Source: Eledone cirrhosa (taxonomy: Eukaryota). Taken from it: 64,000 nt of DNA. Position numbers and translations under genes: made by a program. The stretch spans positions 279,434,001 to 279,498,000 of the forward strand of contig OZ024740.1 in the NCBI GenBank assembly GCA_964016885.1, read 5' to 3'. The notes beneath the pieces are model-generated. The model ran no database searches, had not been told where the DNA came from, and worked only from the letters and a program-made list of their open reading frames with translations. This document shows positions 63,942 to 64,000 of this stretch, one piece after another. Numbering within the stretch: the first letter of the stretch is position 1; each line of letters begins with the position of its first letter.

Positions 63942-64000
63942 CAAATAAAAAATGGATCCCCCAAATAAAAAATGGATCCCTCAAATAAAAAATGGATCAC
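63942..64000 (-). repeat. Inverted block 18 of the 20-bp satellite (truncated by the window end)
   Basis: J1 entry. Confidence 0.9.

Larger units (their letters stand above)
42348..64000. repeat. Satellite array B: 20-bp tandem monomer GATCCATTTTTTATTTGGG[G/T], about 1,080 copies, with many internal inversions, extends past the window end
   Basis: 20-bp periodicity is visible directly in the 60-nt lines. About 30-35% GC, GATC in nearly every monomer. T-rich tracts alternate with reverse-complement A-rich tracts. Confidence 0.99.

Noticed and set aside
42865-63968. Short hydrophobic ORFs (GDPFFIWVIHFLFGGSIFYL) as membrane peptides
   Set aside because: They are translations of the T-rich 20-mer in overlapping frames, opened and closed by the G/T polymorphism (TGA).
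1-64000. CRISPR array
   Set aside because: The repeats are directly adjacent with no unique spacers, no leader and no cas genes.
42641-64000. Foldback transposons or MITEs
   Set aside because: No defined termini, target-site duplications, non-repeat flanks or transposase are visible, and the arms merge into the satellite. A distant origin from such an element cannot be excluded.
42348-64000. G-quadruplex array from GGG/GGGGG tracts
   Set aside because: G-tracts are separated by about 15-17-nt AT-rich loops, well beyond typical stable G4 loop lengths, and hairpin pairing would compete.
42348-64000. Bacterial origin or iteron region (dense Dam GATC sites)
   Set aside because: GATC density is just the monomer. 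A gene-free 64-kb satellite is not compatible with a bacterial or plasmid origin, and no DnaA boxes or rep gene are visible.

Overview
The window holds no credible genes. It consists of two unrelated-looking short-monomer tandem satellites joined with no spacer, most likely eukaryotic heterochromatin; I cannot identify the organism or the repeat families. Array A (1-42347) is about 2,229 head-to-tail copies of a 19-bp monomer, GTGA[A/G]AACCTCGACTTGGA. It keeps one orientation and shows no net indel over 42 kb. It carries a sparse 5-substitution variant monomer and nested higher-order repeats. Array B (42348-64000, running off the end) is about 1,080 copies of a 20-bp AT-rich monomer, GATCCATTTTTTATTTGGG[G/T]. 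It flips orientation about 35 times, yet all flips use only four stereotyped junction sequences, so it is a nested fold-back array. The ORF track is explained entirely by translation of the monomers. The most notable features are the reused inversion junctions in B, the abrupt A/B boundary and the register and variant structure of A. All counts were made by eye and need computational confirmation. The sequence alone does not show function (centromere, small-RNA source or eliminated DNA).
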